Source of the DNA: a virus
Lineage: Duplodnaviria > Heunggongvirae > Uroviricota > Caudoviricetes
Virus record (IMG/VR): IMGVR_UViG_2695420763_000014
Length of the DNA stretch: 32,361 nucleotides
Direction: 5' to 3' (one strand)
Shown: positions 17,368 to 28,717 of the stretch, piece by piece
How positions within the stretch are numbered: position 1 is the stretch's first letter
How the letters are laid out: every line of letters begins with the position of its first letter
Made by a program: the position numbers and the translations under genes
The notes under the pieces: generated by a model
The model's input: only the letters and a program-made list of their open reading frames with translations
What the model was told of the DNA's origin: nothing
Databases searched by the model: none

Positions 17368-18453
17368 ATGAAAAAACACGCGATTGGCATTGCCGCACTG
17401 AATGCGCTGTCCATTGACGATGACGGCTGGTGCCAGCTATTGCCTGCCGGTCATTTCAGTGCCCGTGATGGTCGTCCGTTTGATGTGACAGGCGGTCAGG
17501 GGTGGTTCATCGACGGTGAGATTGCCGGGCGTCTGGTTGAAGGCGTTCGCGCGCTCAACCAGGACGTGCTGATTGATTACGAGCATAACCAGCTACGTAA
17601 GGACAAAGGATTACCCCCGGAACAACTCGTCGCGGCTGGCTGGTTTAACGCCGATGAAATGCAGTGGCGTGAAGGTGAAGGATTATTTATCCACCCACGC
17701 TGGACGGCGGCGGCACAGCAGCGCATCGATGACGGCGAATTTGGTTATCTCTCTGCGGTTTTTCCGTATGACACCGCCACCGGTGCGGTGCTGCAAATCC
17801 GCCTTGCTGCGCTGACCAATGACCCCGGTGCCACCGGCATGAAAAAGCTGACCGCACTGGCGGCAGACCTTCCCGACATCCTTCAACAGGAGAACAAACC
17901 CATGAATGAAACGCTGCGCAAGCTGCTTGCGCGTCTTGGGGTGACTGTCCCCGAAAATGCAGACATCACCGATGAACAGGCAACAGCGGCACTGACCGCG
18001 CTGGACACGCTGGAAATTAATGCCGGGAAAGTGGCGGCGTTGTCTGCCGAACTGGAAAAGGCACAGAAAGCCGCCGTTGACCTGACGAAATACGTCCCGG
18101 TGGAAAGCTACAACGCCCTACGTGATGAACTGGCACAGGCGACTGCACAAAGCGCCACAGCCAGCCTGAGCGCCGTTCTGGACAAGGCGGAACAGGAAGG
18201 CCGCATTTTCAAAAGCGAACGTACCTACCTGGAACAGCTTGGCGGTCAGATTGGCGTGGCGGCACTGTCGGCACAGCTTGAGAAAAAACAGCCCATCGCT
18301 GCGTTATCTGCCATGCAGACCACCACAGCGAAAATCCCGTCGCAGGAAAAACCGGCGGTGGCGGTGCTGTCTGCTGATGAACAGGCAGCAGTGAAGGCGC
18401 TCGGCATTACTGAGGCTGAGTATCTGAAAATGAAACAGGAACAAGAAAAATGA
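17368..18453 (+). CDS. I: head maturation protease / scaffold (Mu I)
   Basis: 361 aa; Ala/Glu/Gln-rich helical C-terminal half typical of scaffold; directly upstream of the major head gene. Confidence 0.8.
   Translation: MKKHAIGIAALNALSIDDDGWCQLLPAGHFSARDGRPFDVTGGQGWFIDGEIAGRLVEGVRALNQDVLIDYEHNQLRKDKGLPPEQLVAAGWFNADEMQWREGEGLFIHPRWTAAAQQRIDDGEFGYLSAVFPYDTATGAVLQIRLAALTNDPGATGMKKLTALAADLPDILQQENKPMNETLRKLLARLGVTVPENADITDEQATAALTALDTLEINAGKVAALSAELEKAQKAAVDLTKYVPVESYNALRDELAQATAQSATASLSAVLDKAEQEGRIFKSERTYLEQLGGQIGVAALSAQLEKKQPIAALSAMQTTTAKIPSQEKPAVAVLSADEQAAVKALGITEAEYLKMKQEQEK
17902..18453 (+). CDS. Z: nested scaffold protein from an in-frame internal start within I (Mu Z-like)
   Basis: In-frame ATG at 17902 (MNETLRKLLARLG...) preceded by SD aggag with 9-nt spacing; would give a 183-aa product. 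Confidence 0.45.
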   Translation: MNETLRKLLARLGVTVPENADITDEQATAALTALDTLEINAGKVAALSAELEKAQKAAVDLTKYVPVESYNALRDELAQATAQSATASLSAVLDKAEQEGRIFKSERTYLEQLGGQIGVAALSAQLEKKQPIAALSAMQTTTAKIPSQEKPAVAVLSADEQAAVKALGITEAEYLKMKQEQEK

Positions 18454-19367
18454 TTGTCACCCCGGCATCCATTAAAGCCCTGATGACCTCCTGGCGTAAG
18501 GATTTTCAGGGCGGTCTTGAAGACGCCCCGTCGCAGTACAGCAAAATTGCAATGGTGGTGAACTCTTCCACCCGCAGTAATACCTATGGCTGGCTGGGTA
18601 AATTCCCTGCCATGAAAGAATGGGTGGGTAAGCGAACCATTCAGCAAATGGCAGCGCATGGCTACTCCATCGCCAATAAAACGTTTGAAGGCACCGTGGG
18701 CGTAAGCCGTGATGACTTCGAGGATGACAATCTGGGCATTTATGCGCCGATGTTTCAGGAGATGGGCCGTTCTGCGGCAGTTCAGCCGGATGAGCTGATT
18801 TTTAAACTTCTGAAAGATGGCTTTACCCAGCCGTGCTATGACGGTCAGAACTTCTTCGACAAGGAGCATCCGGTATATCCGAATGTGGACGGCACGGGCA
18901 GCGCGGTTAATACCTCCAACATCGTTGAGCAGGACAGCTTCAGCGGTCTGCCGTTCTATCTGCTGGACTGCTCCCGAGCAGTCAAACCGCTGATTTTCCA
19001 GGAGCGCCGCAAACCGGAGCTGGTCGCACGTACCCGTATCGATGACGACCACGTTTTTATGGATAACGAGTTCCTGTTTGGTGCCAGCGCCCGCCGTGCT
19101 GCCGGTTACGGCTTCTGGCAGATGGCTGTCGCGGTAAAAGGCGATCTGACGCTGGATAACCTCTGGAAGGGCTGGCAACTGATGCGATCTTTTGAAGGTG
19201 ATGGCGGTAAGAAGCTGGGCCTGAAGCCGACGCATATCGTTGTACCGGTCGGGCTGGAAAAAGCCGCAGAGCAACTGCTTAACCGTGAACTGTTCGCGGA
19301 TGGCAATACCACCGTCTCCAACGAGATGAAGGGCAAGCTGCAACTGGTTGTCGCTGACTACCTGTAA
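18450..19367 (+). CDS. T: major head (capsid) protein (Mu T)
   Basis: 305 aa; SD agga upstream; follows protease/scaffold; followed by a stem-loop. Confidence 0.88.
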   Translation: MIVTPASIKALMTSWRKDFQGGLEDAPSQYSKIAMVVNSSTRSNTYGWLGKFPAMKEWVGKRTIQQMAAHGYSIANKTFEGTVGVSRDDFEDDNLGIYAPMFQEMGRSAAVQPDELIFKLLKDGFTQPCYDGQNFFDKEHPVYPNVDGTGSAVNTSNIVEQDSFSGLPFYLLDCSRAVKPLIFQERRKPELVARTRIDDDHVFMDNEFLFGASARRAAGYGFWQMAVAVKGDLTLDNLWKGWQLMRSFEGDGGKKLGLKPTHIVVPVGLEKAAEQLLNRELFADGNTTVSNEMKGKLQLVVADYL

Positions 19368-19375
19368 CCGTCATT

Positions 19376-19399
19376 AAAAGGCGGTTCAGACCGCCTTTT
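19376..19399 (+). terminator. stem-loop after the major head gene (possible terminator or attenuator)
   Basis: 9-bp perfect stem aaaaggcgg (19376-19384) / ccgcctttt (19391-19399), loop ttcaga; the T run is part of the stem. Confidence 0.45.
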
Positions 19400-19433
19400 A
19401 ACCTGATTTAAAGGAAAAGGAGGAGCATGTGTT

Positions 19434-19844
19434 ATGTCAGGCACTTCGCTTAATTCACAACGGCTGGACACTTCTCGCATCACTTGCACGGCGATTATTA
19501 AATGCCTTCGTCCGGTTTACCGCCGTGCCGGAATCGCCTTTACACGTGGCGAAAACACCGTGGAAGTCACCGAAGAACAACTGGCGATCATTCGTGCCGA
19601 TAGCGTGCTGTCTGTGGTATCTGCATCGTCAGCAGAAACGCTCGCTGAGGCTGGGGGGCTGGACGTTCTGGGTGTGGGCGATCTGAACGCCCGTATCCGT
19701 GCGACCGTTGCTGGTCTGGATAAGGCAAACCCGGAACACTTTACCACAGGGGGGGAACCCAAAGTGAAAGCCGTTAGTGCGGCGCTGGGAGAAAACGTCA
19801 CTGCGGCACAAATCAAAGCCGCGCTGGCTGAGGCACAAGCATGA
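19434..19844 (+). CDS. head-associated protein, unknown function
   Basis: 136 aa; strong SD aaggaggag 7 nt upstream of ATG 19434. Confidence 0.6.
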   Translation: MSGTSLNSQRLDTSRITCTAIIKCLRPVYRRAGIAFTRGENTVEVTEEQLAIIRADSVLSVVSASSAETLAEAGGLDVLGVGDLNARIRATVAGLDKANPEHFTTGGEPKVKAVSAALGENVTAAQIKAALAEAQA

Positions 19845-20263
19845 GCTATGCCACTCTTGACGACATGGTAAAGCGTTACCGGCGCAGCAGCCTGGACGCA
19901 CTGACATCGGATAAAACCGATTCGGGCGAACCGGATGACAGCCTGGTTGAACAGGCGTTACAGGATGCCCGTGCACTTATCGACAGCTATATCAGCCCGC
20001 GTTATCCGTTGCCGTTATCTGTTGTGCCAGCCGCCCTGACCCGCGTCTGCTGTGATATTGCCTTCTATTACCTGTGTGATGCGCAGGCAACCGAGCAGTG
20101 CACGCAACGTTATAAAGATGCCGTTAAGTGGCTGCATGACGTACTTAACGAAAAATTGCCGCTGGGAACGGACGCGCATGGCGCTGAACCGGTGAGCGAA
20201 AATCTGGTGGAAGTGAAATCTGATACCGCTGTTTTTTCCCGTAACCAGAGAGGATTCATCTGA
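19841..20263 (+). CDS. putative head-tail connector / head completion protein
   Basis: 140 aa ORF with ATGA overlap, between the head and tail genes. Confidence 0.55.
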   Translation: MSYATLDDMVKRYRRSSLDALTSDKTDSGEPDDSLVEQALQDARALIDSYISPRYPLPLSVVPAALTRVCCDIAFYYLCDAQATEQCTQRYKDAVKWLHDVLNEKLPLGTDAHGAEPVSENLVEVKSDTAVFSRNQRGFI

Positions 20264-20811
20264 TGATTGCCACGACAGAAGCTGCGTTGCTTGAAACCGT
20301 TCGCGGGCTGTTCGGGCGAACGTTACGCGAAATCAAAACGCATCCGGGCACCTGGTCTGATGCCGCAATAAAAAAAATCCTGATTGCACCACCGTCTGTT
20401 TATCTGGCGTGGCTGGGCTGCGGTGAAGGCCGCACCCGCCGTGAGGTGGAAAGCCGCTGGGTGTTTTATGTGGTGGCAAAAATGCTGAATGGTCGGGAGA
20501 CCAACCGTCCGGGGATTTACCAGATTGTTGAGCGTCTGATTGCCGGGATGAATGGACAGACGTTTGGCCCGACTACCGGCCTGCGCCTGACCAGCGTCCA
20601 GAACCTGTATACCAGTGCTCAGGGTAATTCAGGTGTCGCACTGTACGGCATCTATTTCAGTGGCATCACGCCGTTGCCGTCAGGTGTGGACATGGATTCG
20701 CTGGATGATTACGAGCGTCACTGGCAGACCTGGAAATTCCCGGACGAAACCCCGGAATTTGCCGCACATATCAATGTGAATCAGGAAAAGGATCATGATG
20801 CTGAAAATTAA
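20263..20811 (+). CDS. putative tail completion / neck protein
   Basis: 182 aa ORF, stop-start overlap tgATG; position before the sheath. Confidence 0.55.
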   Translation: MIATTEAALLETVRGLFGRTLREIKTHPGTWSDAAIKKILIAPPSVYLAWLGCGEGRTRREVESRWVFYVVAKMLNGRETNRPGIYQIVERLIAGMNGQTFGPTTGLRLTSVQNLYTSAQGNSGVALYGIYFSGITPLPSGVDMDSLDDYERHWQTWKFPDETPEFAAHINVNQEKDHDAEN

Positions 20812-21001
20812 ACCCGCAGCGGGAAAAGCCATCCGTGACCCGCTCACGATGAAATTACTGGCGTCTGAGGGGGAAGAAAAGCCCCGTAACAGTTTCTGGA
20901 TACGTCGCCTTGCAGCCGGTGATGTGGTTGAAGTCGGGAGCACCGAAAACACGGCGGATGATACCGACACTGCGCCGAAAAAACGGAGTAAATCGAAATG
21001 A
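20795..21001 (+). CDS. small structural-region protein, unknown function
   Basis: 68 aa; SD aaagga upstream; overlaps the sheath start (ATGA). Confidence 0.5.
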   Translation: MMLKIKPAAGKAIRDPLTMKLLASEGEEKPRNSFWIRRLAAGDVVEVGSTENTADDTDTAPKKRSKSK

Positions 21002-22485
21002 GCGATATTTCATTTAACGCGATCCCGTCAGATGTTCGCGTTCCTCTGACGTATATCGAATTTGATAACAGTAATGCCGTCAGCGGAACACCGGCACCCC
21101 GTCAGCGCGTGCTGATGTTCGGGCAAAGCGGAAGTCAAGCCAGTGCGGCACCAAATGTGCCTGTCCGTATCCGTTCCGGCTCACAGGCCAGTGCGGCGTT
21201 TGGTCAGGGTTCCATGCTGGCACTGATGGCAGATGCATTCCTGAACGCTAACCGCGTGGCGGAGCTGTGGTGTATTCCGCAGGGGAACGGCACCGGTAAT
21301 GCTGCTGTCGGTGAAATTTCACTGTCAGGAACGGCAGGCGAAAACGGCTCGCTTGTGACTTACATTGCCGGTCAGCGACTGGCGGTATCTGTCGCAGCAG
21401 GTGCAACGGGAGCGGCGCTGGCTGACCTGCTGGTTGCCCGAATCAAAGGCCAGCCTGATTTACCGGTGACGGCAGAAGTTCGCGCAGACAGCGGGGATGA
21501 TGACACCCATGCAGATGTGGTTCTGAGTGCAAAATTTACGGGTGCATTATCTGCCGTGGACGTGCGCTGGAACTATTACGCGGGTGAAATCACCCCTTAC
21601 GGGATTATCACGGCATTCAAAGCCGCCTCCGGGAAAAATGGCAACCCGGATATCAGCGCAAGTATCGCGGGAATGGGCGATCTGCAATACAAATATATTG
21701 TGATGCCCTATACCGATGAACCGAACCTGAATCTGTTACGCACTGAATTGCAGGAACGCTGGGGACCGGTCAATCAGGCTGATGGCTTTGCCGTGACAGT
21801 GCTGTCCGGCACGTATGGGGATATTTCCACGTTTGGTGTCAGCCGTAATGACCATCTGATTTCCTGTATGGGGATTGCCGGTGCACCGGAACCGTCATAT
21901 CTGTACGCCGCCACACTGTGTGCCGTTGCCAGCCAGGCGCTTTCCATCGACCCGGCGCGTCCACTCCAGACGCTGACGTTGCCCGGAAGAATGCCGCCTG
22001 CGGTGGGGGATCGTTTCACCTGGTCAGAACGTAATGCGCTGCTGTTTGACGGCATCTCCACGTTTAACGTGAATGATGGTGGTGAAATGCAGATTGAACG
22101 CATGATCACGATGTACCGCACAAACAAGTACGGTGACAGCGATCCGTCTTATCTGAACGTGAATACCATCGCCACGCTGAGTTATCTGCGTTATTCGCTG
22201 AGAACCCGCATCACGCAGAAATTCCCGAACTACAAGCTGGCAAGTGATGGCACCCGCTTTGCCACCGGTCAGGCCGTGGTGACGCCATCCGTGATCAAAA
22301 CGGAGCTGCTGGCACTGTTTGAAGAATGGGAAAACGCCGGACTGGTCGAGGATTTCGACACGTTCAAAGAGGAGCTGTATGTGGCACGTAACAAGGACGA
22401 CAAAGACCGTCTTGATGTGCTGTGCGGCCCGAATCTGATTAACCAGTTCCGCATTTTCGCGGCACAAGTTCAGTTCATTCTGTAA
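20998..22485 (+). CDS. L: contractile tail sheath protein (Mu L)
   Basis: 495 aa; large protein immediately upstream of a 118-aa tube protein, the canonical sheath-tube pair. Confidence 0.85.
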   Translation: MSDISFNAIPSDVRVPLTYIEFDNSNAVSGTPAPRQRVLMFGQSGSQASAAPNVPVRIRSGSQASAAFGQGSMLALMADAFLNANRVAELWCIPQGNGTGNAAVGEISLSGTAGENGSLVTYIAGQRLAVSVAAGATGAALADLLVARIKGQPDLPVTAEVRADSGDDDTHADVVLSAKFTGALSAVDVRWNYYAGEITPYGIITAFKAASGKNGNPDISASIAGMGDLQYKYIVMPYTDEPNLNLLRTELQERWGPVNQADGFAVTVLSGTYGDISTFGVSRNDHLISCMGIAGAPEPSYLYAATLCAVASQALSIDPARPLQTLTLPGRMPPAVGDRFTWSERNALLFDGISTFNVNDGGEMQIERMITMYRTNKYGDSDPSYLNVNTIATLSYLRYSLRTRITQKFPNYKLASDGTRFATGQAVVTPSVIKTELLALFEEWENAGLVEDFDTFKEELYVARNKDDKDRLDVLCGPNLINQFRIFAAQVQFIL

Positions 22486-22494
22486 GGAGCATTT

Positions 22495-22851
22495 ATGGCT
22501 GGAAATCAGCGTCAGGGGGTGGCGTTCATCCGTGTCAATGGCATGGAGCTTGAAACGATGGAAGGTGCCTCCTTCACGCCTTCCGGCATCACCCGTGAAG
22601 AAGTGACCGGCTCGCGGGTTTATGGCTGGAAAGGTAAACCACGTGCCGCAAAGCTGGAATGCAAAATTCCGGGCGGTGGTGATATCGGTCTGGATGAAAT
22701 CATCGGCTGGGAAAACATCACAGCAGAGTTTCAGGCAGACACCGGTGAAACCTGGATGATGGCGAATGCCTGGCAGGCAGATGAACCGAAAAACGACGGC
22801 GGCGAAATTTCGCTGGTACTGATGGCAAAACAAAGCAAACGCATTGCATAA
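22495..22851 (+). CDS. M: tail tube protein (Mu M)
   Basis: 118 aa; strong SD taaggag upstream; follows the sheath. Confidence 0.8.
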   Translation: MAGNQRQGVAFIRVNGMELETMEGASFTPSGITREEVTGSRVYGWKGKPRAAKLECKIPGGGDIGLDEIIGWENITAEFQADTGETWMMANAWQADEPKNDGGEISLVLMAKQSKRIA

Positions 22852-22860
22852 GGGGAAACA

Positions 22861-23295
22861 ATGGACGAAATGAATTTAGGTCCTGAAGCACAGGAACTGC
22901 ATGACAGCATTGTGGCAGAAATTCAGTCAGGCGTGCTGAAACTGAAAGACGGCCTGCCGTTCGGCACCGGTGACGAGACTGAAATGCAGTATGACGTGAC
23001 ACTGCGTGAACTGACCGCAGGCGATATGATTGATGCACAGGCGGCTGCTGAAAAGCTGGTAATGAGCAAGGAAGGTCCGGTGCTGGTCAGTTCCCCGTCC
23101 CGGATGGGACTGGAAATGCTGCGCCGACAGATTGCCAGCGTGGGCTGCATCAAAGGCCCGTTGTCGATGGCGCTGATTCGTAAGCTGTCTGTCGATGACT
23201 TCCAGCGTCTGTCGCTGGCCACAGAAATGTACGACATGGCTGTGGCGGCATCGCTGACACAAGAACGGGGGCGAGTGGCTGCGGTGCCGGAATGA
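22861..23295 (+). CDS. Y: tail assembly chaperone (Mu Y position)
   Basis: 144 aa acidic protein between the tube and the tape measure. Confidence 0.6.
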   Translation: MDEMNLGPEAQELHDSIVAEIQSGVLKLKDGLPFGTGDETEMQYDVTLRELTAGDMIDAQAAAEKLVMSKEGPVLVSSPSRMGLEMLRRQIASVGCIKGPLSMALIRKLSVDDFQRLSLATEMYDMAVAASLTQERGRVAAVPE

Positions 23296-23439
23296 TATTG
23301 AGAAAGCGGCGACAGCGATTGGCGTTATTCTGAAAAGTGGCCCGGAATGGGCCTTGTCTCTCCCGCTGTCCCGCTTTTTCCGGCACTGCCAGCAGGCTAA
23401 AACCCTCTCTCAATATCACCGTTAAATCAGGAAATCTCT

Positions 23440-25512
23440 ATGACCGGGAAACGCTTAAAGGCGTCTGTCATTATTGATCTTAATGGCAATCTTTCCCGGC
23501 GTTCCCGCCAGTATTCGAACCAGATAAACGCCCTGTCCCGTAGCGGGCAAAGTTCCCTTCGTGCCCTGCGTATGGAGGTTGTGCGCGTTTCTGGTGCCAT
23601 TGACAGAATGGGTTCACTGTCAACCCGTACATTCCGAATGCTGTCAGCCGGGGCGCTGGGTATCGCTGGCGTGGGTTACACCGCCAATAAACTGTTTATT
23701 GGTGCAGCCGCCCAGCGTGAGCAGCAGATCATCGCCATGAACTCGCTGTATCACGGCGATAAGGTCAGAGCGCAGGCCATGATGGCCTGGGCAAAGCAGA
23801 ACGCGAAGGACACCACGTGGGGGCTGAGTGGTGTTCTGGATGAGATCCGTTCGTCGAAAGGCTTCGGCATGACGGATGAACAGACGAAGCAGTTCATCAC
23901 CATGTTGCAGGATCAGGGGGCCATGCACGGCTGGGATTTACCCACTGCCCAGGGTGCCTCACTGCAACTGAAACAGATGTTTGCCCGCCAGCAAATCACA
24001 GCGGCGGATGCCAACCTGCTGACCGGTTACGGTATCAACGTTTATCAGGCGCTGGCGGATGCAACGGGAACGGACGTTAAAAAAATCCGTGATCTGGGTA
24101 CAAAGGGCAAGCTGGGCCTGAAATCCATTCTGACGGTATTCAGAACGCTGTCAGAACAGTCAAAAGGTGCACAGGCCAGTGCGATGAACTCCTGGGACGG
24201 GATGTTCGCCCAGATGGAAGCCAACCTGCTTGAATTTCGCATAAAGGTGGCAAACAGCGGCCCCTTTGAAGAAATCAAGAACGAGATGCGCCGGGTGCTT
24301 AACTGGCACGACATGGCGGATAAATCCGGGGAACTTGACGCACTGGCAGAAAACATTGGTCAGAAATTTCTGACCACGTTCAGAACGGTAAAAATCGCGG
24401 CGCAGGAGTTATGGCGCTGGCTGAAACCGGGTAAAGATGCGCTGGCATGGGTTGACCAGAATATTGTCAGCCTGAAAAAACTGGCTGCTGTTCTGGTGTC
24501 TGTCTGGCTTGCCAATAAAGCCCTGAGAGCAGGCTTGGCCGTGGCAAAACCCTCATGGCAGGTTGCCAGTTATCCGTTTAAAACCGGGCGTCGTATGTGG
24601 CGCTGGATGCGAAACCGCAAACGTGGGCAGGCAGGTCTGCCGGTCCCGGATGCCATGACGTCTGAGACGCTGTTGCAGGGTATCGGCATTCAGCGTGTGT
24701 TTGTCATCAACTGGCCCCGTGGATTTGGTGGCTACGGGAGTGGCGGCGGTCGTCGCGGACGGAGCGGCGGAAGAATGGCCCCGCTGTTACCCCGCCAGCC
24801 GTTATTGCTGTCCGGGCCACAGCCGCTGGCATTACCTGCACCACGCCCTGTACTGGCATTACCCCCACCCGGCGTACCGGTAACAGCACGGCCTGCACCA
24901 TTACCTTTACCCGGTAAATCCGGTCTTCTGAGCAGGCTTGCAGGCAGTGCTGCCGGGCAACTGGTTACGGGAACGGTCGGAAAGCTGGCTGATGCCGGGC
25001 GTGCTGTTGGCGGGTGGTTTTCCGGTATCGGAAACAAACTTGCAGGCAGTGCGATCGGTCGGGTTGTGACAAAAGGTGCCGGGGCGCTGGGCTGGATGGG
25101 GAAAGGTGCCGGTCGTGCGTTGTCACGTCTGGGTGGCCCGGTAATGGGGGCACTCCAGCTTGCCCCCGTCCTGATGGATGAGCAGGCGTCAACCCATGAA
25201 AAAGCAGGCGCAATTGGCAGTACAGCCGGTGCATGGCTCGGCGGTGCCGTTGGCAGCCTTGCCGGACCGCTGGGTACGGTTGCCGGTGCCACGCTGGGCA
25301 GTGTCGCCGGGGAGTATCTGGGCGGTTTTGTAACCGACCTGTATCAGAAATGGACGGCCCCGGATAAGGAACCGCAGGAACAAAAAGTGAATGCGGAAGC
25401 CTCGCTGCGCGTCGAACTTGGCGAGGGGTTACGTCTGACCAGTTCCCGCGTCACCGAGGACGGTATGGGGCTGAATATTTACGCGGGCGATAACTACATT
25501 ACAGGCTGGTAA
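23440..25512 (+). CDS. N: tail tape measure protein (Mu N)
   Basis: 690 aa; helical N-terminal half; Gly/Pro/Arg-rich low-complexity segment ([15 protein letters not shown]...[15 protein letters not shown]); Gly/Ala-rich C-terminus; SD caggaaa upstream. Confidence 0.8.
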   Translation: MTGKRLKASVIIDLNGNLSRRSRQYSNQINALSRSGQSSLRALRMEVVRVSGAIDRMGSLSTRTFRMLSAGALGIAGVGYTANKLFIGAAAQREQQIIAMNSLYHGDKVRAQAMMAWAKQNAKDTTWGLSGVLDEIRSSKGFGMTDEQTKQFITMLQDQGAMHGWDLPTAQGASLQLKQMFARQQITAADANLLTGYGINVYQALADATGTDVKKIRDLGTKGKLGLKSILTVFRTLSEQSKGAQASAMNSWDGMFAQMEANLLEFRIKVANSGPFEEIKNEMRRVLNWHDMADKSGELDALAENIGQKFLTTFRTVKIAAQELWRWLKPGKDALAWVDQNIVSLKKLAAVLVSVWLANKALRAGLAVAKPSWQVASYPFKTGRRMWRWMRNRKRGQAGLPVPDAMTSETLLQGIGIQRVFVINWPRGFGGYGSGGGRRGRSGGRMAPLLPRQPLLLSGPQPLALPAPRPVLALPPPGVPVTARPAPLPLPGKSGLLSRLAGSAAGQLVTGTVGKLADAGRAVGGWFSGIGNKLAGSAIGRVVTKGAGALGWMGKGAGRALSRLGGPVMGALQLAPVLMDEQASTHEKAGAIGSTAGAWLGGAVGSLAGPLGTVAGATLGSVAGEYLGGFVTDLYQKWTAPDKEPQEQKVNAEASLRVELGEGLRLTSSRVTEDGMGLNIYAGDNYITGW

Positions 25513-25516
25513 AACC

Positions 25517-27004
25517 ATGTTTGAAGATGCTTTAAATGCCGTTAATGCTGTCCGGGATAAAATCAGAGGTGGTAAGAAAACAACCGGCAAAGGCACGTTT
25601 CGTAACGTGCCGTTTCTCGTCATCGAGGAGCAAAAACAGGCTGGTGGACGTCGCCTGGTTAAACGCGAGTACCCGTTACGTGATACCGGCGGCGTCAATG
25701 ACCTGGGGAAAAAGCTTCGCTCCCGTACATTCAGCGCCTGCATTCTGAACAGCAACGCAGAAACAGCCAGAGATGAAGCGGGTGCGCTGATGGATGCTCT
25801 TGATGCTCCGGGTAGCGGTGAGCTGGTACATCCTGATTTCGGCACTGTGGACGTCATGGTGGATTCATGGGAATGCCGCACTAAAGCGGATGAACTGAAT
25901 TATTACGCGTTCACCGTTACCGTTTATCCGTCGTTGCAGGATACTGCCCCGGACTCAGAGACAGACACCAGTGCAGCCGTACCGGCACAGGCCGTTGCTG
26001 TAACCGGTTCTCTGGGAGATACGCTGTCCTCTGTCTGGCAGACCGTAAAAGATGGCACTGCGGCGGCAACCGCCGTGATGGAAGCTGTAACCGGTGTCAT
26101 CGATGATATCAGTGATGCGGTGGACAATCTGGGGGTTACGCAGACTGTCAGCGGTCTGATGGGATCGCTTTCTGCGATGAAAGGCTCTGTGACCAGCCTG
26201 ATTAACCAGCCTGCCATGCTGGCCTCCTCGCTGATGGTGGCGCTGTCCGGCGTTTCATCGTTATGCGATACCCGGACAGCATTTTCCACATGGAACCGTC
26301 TGGCGCAGCGATTCGAACGTCGCCATGCCGCCACCGCAGGCAGACAGGGGACAATCACAACCTCGTACAACAGTCCGGTTGCAGAAAAAAACATTGCCAC
26401 ACTGAACTACGTCATGCTGGCAGCAGCACAGACATACCGGGCGGAGGCAGCAAGCCAGGCACTGACTGCGGCACTGGATTTCAGTCGCCGGATGGATAAT
26501 GCCGCCCGTGCACCTGTACTGGATGCCCCGTCCACCACAACCGGCACAGCCAGCGGGGCCAGCAGCACATCCGCTACCGTCACACAGGGACAGTTACAGT
26601 TAACTGCCATAACCCCGGACGGCGGCTTTTCACAGGTATCCTTTTCAGACAGTGGTACAGCCACGCCCCCGGTATTTGAAAGTGTGTCCGATATCGGAAA
26701 AACAGCCGCCATGCTGGGGGCAGCGCTGGATACCGTCATTCTGACGGCATCTGAGCAGGGCTTTTCGACAGACAGCGTTCAGCTTACGCAACTGCGTCTG
26801 CTGGTTGTTGCCGACCTGGAAAAACGCGGGCTGCAACTGGCGGGCAGTGAAACGCACCGCCTGCCGGAGACGATGCCTGCAATGGTGGCCCTGTACCGTT
26901 ACACAGGAAACAGCCGGAACTGGCAACGGCTGGCCCGCAGGAACGGTATCAGCAACCCGTTGTTTGTTCCCGGTGGTGTCAGTATTGAGGTGATTAATGA
27001 GTAA
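25517..27004 (+). CDS. P: tail / baseplate-proximal protein (Mu P, DNA circularisation protein family)
   Basis: 495 aa; directly after the tape measure; Ala/Ser/Thr-rich C-terminal half. Confidence 0.7.
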   Translation: MFEDALNAVNAVRDKIRGGKKTTGKGTFRNVPFLVIEEQKQAGGRRLVKREYPLRDTGGVNDLGKKLRSRTFSACILNSNAETARDEAGALMDALDAPGSGELVHPDFGTVDVMVDSWECRTKADELNYYAFTVTVYPSLQDTAPDSETDTSAAVPAQAVAVTGSLGDTLSSVWQTVKDGTAAATAVMEAVTGVIDDISDAVDNLGVTQTVSGLMGSLSAMKGSVTSLINQPAMLASSLMVALSGVSSLCDTRTAFSTWNRLAQRFERRHAATAGRQGTITTSYNSPVAEKNIATLNYVMLAAAQTYRAEAASQALTAALDFSRRMDNAARAPVLDAPSTTTGTASGASSTSATVTQGQLQLTAITPDGGFSQVSFSDSGTATPPVFESVSDIGKTAAMLGAALDTVILTASEQGFSTDSVQLTQLRLLVVADLEKRGLQLAGSETHRLPETMPAMVALYRYTGNSRNWQRLARRNGISNPLFVPGGVSIEVINE

Positions 27005-28136
27005 TACCGTCACGCTGCGAACGGATGGCAGGCTTTTTACCGGCTGGACGTCAGTCTCTGTCACCCGCTCCATTGAATCCGTAGCCGGATATTTTGAGCT
27101 GGGGGTGAATGTGCCACCGGGTACAGATTTATCCGGGCTGGCACCGGGGAAGGCGTTCACGCTGGAAATCGACGGGCAGATTGTCTGCACCGGTTATATC
27201 GATTCGCGGCGACGCCAGATGACCGCTGACAGCATGAAAATCACTGTCGCCGGACGTGACAAAACGGCTGACCTGATTGACTGTGCTGCCGTTTACAGTG
27301 GCGGACAGTGGAAAAACCGCACACTGGAGCAGATTGCGCGTGACCTGTGCGCTCCTTATGGCGTTACCGTTCGCTGGGAGCTTTCCGATAAGGAAAGTTC
27401 GGCAGCTTTTCCCGGCTTCACGCTGGACCATTCAGAAACCGTTTATGAGGCGCTGGTGCGTGCCTCCCGCGCACGCGGTGTACTGATGACCAGCAATGCC
27501 GCAGGAGAGCTGGTATTCAGCCGGGCTGCCAGCACAGCCACTGATGAGCTGGTTCTCGGAGAAAATCTGCTGACACTGGATTTTGAGGAAGACTTCCGCG
27601 ACCGGTTCAGCGAATACACCGTCAAGGGGTATGCCCGCGCAAACGGTGCTGAGGGTGATGATATTGATGCGAAAAGTATCGTCTCCCGGAAAGGGACCGC
27701 CACTGACAGTGATGTAACCCGTTACAGACCGATGATCATCATTGCTGACAGCAAAATTACGGCGAAGGATGCACAGGCCCGCGCCCTGCGTGAGCAACGC
27801 CGCAGACTGGCAAAATCCATCACCTTTGAGGCTGAAATTGACGGATGGACTCGCAAGGACGGGCAACTCTGGATGCCGAACCTGCTGGTCACTATTGATG
27901 CCTCGAAATATGCCATCAAAACCACGGAATTACTGGTCAGCAAAGTCACCCTGATACTGAATGACCAGGACGGGCTGAAAACCCGCGTCAGCCTTGCACC
28001 ACGCGAAGGCTTTCTGGTGCCGGTTGAAAGCGACCGTAAAAACAGGAAAGGCGGCGACAGTAACGGCGGTATTGATGCGCTGGTTGAAGATTATTATCGC
28101 AGACACCCGGAGAAAACGCCGCCGTGGAAAGAGTAA
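26997..28136 (+). CDS. baseplate hub protein (Mu Q / gp44 position)
   Basis: 379 aa; SD gaggtg upstream; synteny with the Mu baseplate cluster. Confidence 0.65.
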   Translation: MSNTVTLRTDGRLFTGWTSVSVTRSIESVAGYFELGVNVPPGTDLSGLAPGKAFTLEIDGQIVCTGYIDSRRRQMTADSMKITVAGRDKTADLIDCAAVYSGGQWKNRTLEQIARDLCAPYGVTVRWELSDKESSAAFPGFTLDHSETVYEALVRASRARGVLMTSNAAGELVFSRAASTATDELVLGENLLTLDFEEDFRDRFSEYTVKGYARANGAEGDDIDAKSIVSRKGTATDSDVTRYRPMIIIADSKITAKDAQARALREQRRRLAKSITFEAEIDGWTRKDGQLWMPNLLVTIDASKYAIKTTELLVSKVTLILNDQDGLKTRVSLAPREGFLVPVESDRKNRKGGDSNGGIDALVEDYYRRHPEKTPPWKE

Positions 28137-28717
28137 ATGATTCCGCCCTGAACCGCCTGCTGACGCCGCTGATGCGTCGTGTGCGCCTGATGCTTGCGCG
28201 CGCTGTTGTTAACGTGATTAACGACGGGCGAAAGGTTCAGAACCTGCAGGTCGGCCTGCTGGATGATGAGGAATCTGATGAAGTGGAGCGCCTGCAAAAT
28301 TACGGGCATTTCAGCGTTCCCCTGCCGGGCGCAGAGGCGCTGATTGCCTGTGTAGGCGCACAACGTGATCAGGGGATTGCCGTTGTGGTGGAAGACCGCC
28401 GCTACCGCCCGACAAATCTTGAACCGGGTGATGCAGGCATTTACCACCACGAGGGGCATCGTATCAGGCTGACAAAGGACGGACGCTGCATCATTACCTG
28501 TAAAACGGTTGAGGTTTACGCTGATGAAGGCGCGACCGTTGACACCCCGAAAGCCACGTTTACCGGAGATGTTGAAATTCTGAACGGCCTCAGCGTTAAA
28601 GGTGAAAGTGACTTTGCAGGCAATATCAGCGCCCCGGATGCCATCATCAATGGCAAATCGACGGATAAGCATATCCACCGTGGCGACAGCGGCGGAACCA
28701 CGGGGCCAATGCAATGA
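28124..28717 (+). CDS. baseplate central spike protein (Mu V / gp45 position)
   Basis: 197 aa; C-terminal ...KSTDKHIHRGDSGG contains an HxH motif like the metal-binding spike apex of P2 gpV / T4 gp5-type spikes; overlaps the previous gene by 13 nt. Confidence 0.6.
   Translation: MERVNDSALNRLLTPLMRRVRLMLARAVVNVINDGRKVQNLQVGLLDDEESDEVERLQNYGHFSVPLPGAEALIACVGAQRDQGIAVVVEDRRYRPTNLEPGDAGIYHHEGHRIRLTKDGRCIITCKTVEVYADEGATVDTPKATFTGDVEILNGLSVKGESDFAGNISAPDAIINGKSTDKHIHRGDSGGTTGPMQ

Noticed and set aside
18246-19343. 365-aa minus-strand ORF antisense to the major head gene T
   Set aside because: Lies entirely within a well-supported + strand structural gene in a GC-rich, single-strand-coded operon; no RBS context; long antisense ORFs are expected by chance here.
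22024-22833. 269-aa minus-strand ORF antisense to the sheath and tube genes
   Set aside because: Antisense to highly confident structural genes; no independent support.
23258-23439. Possible programmed frameshift extending the tail chaperone Y into the 144-bp Y-N gap
   Set aside because: The +1 frame is open from 23258 to about 23424, but I found no convincing slippery sequence; the -1 slip possible at the GGGGG run (23267-23271) adds only about 12 residues. Not claimed without experimental or comparative evidence.
24732-25292. Pro/Ala-rich minus-strand ORFs (186 aa and others) inside the tape measure gene
   Set aside because: Artefact of the GC-rich low-complexity tape measure region; the + strand frame is clearly the coding one.
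25400-25516. Late promoter for the P operon expected near the 3' end of N
   Set aside because: N and P are separated by only 4 nt and I could not identify a clear promoter or the cATAAyCC motif in the N 3' end, so no feature is called.
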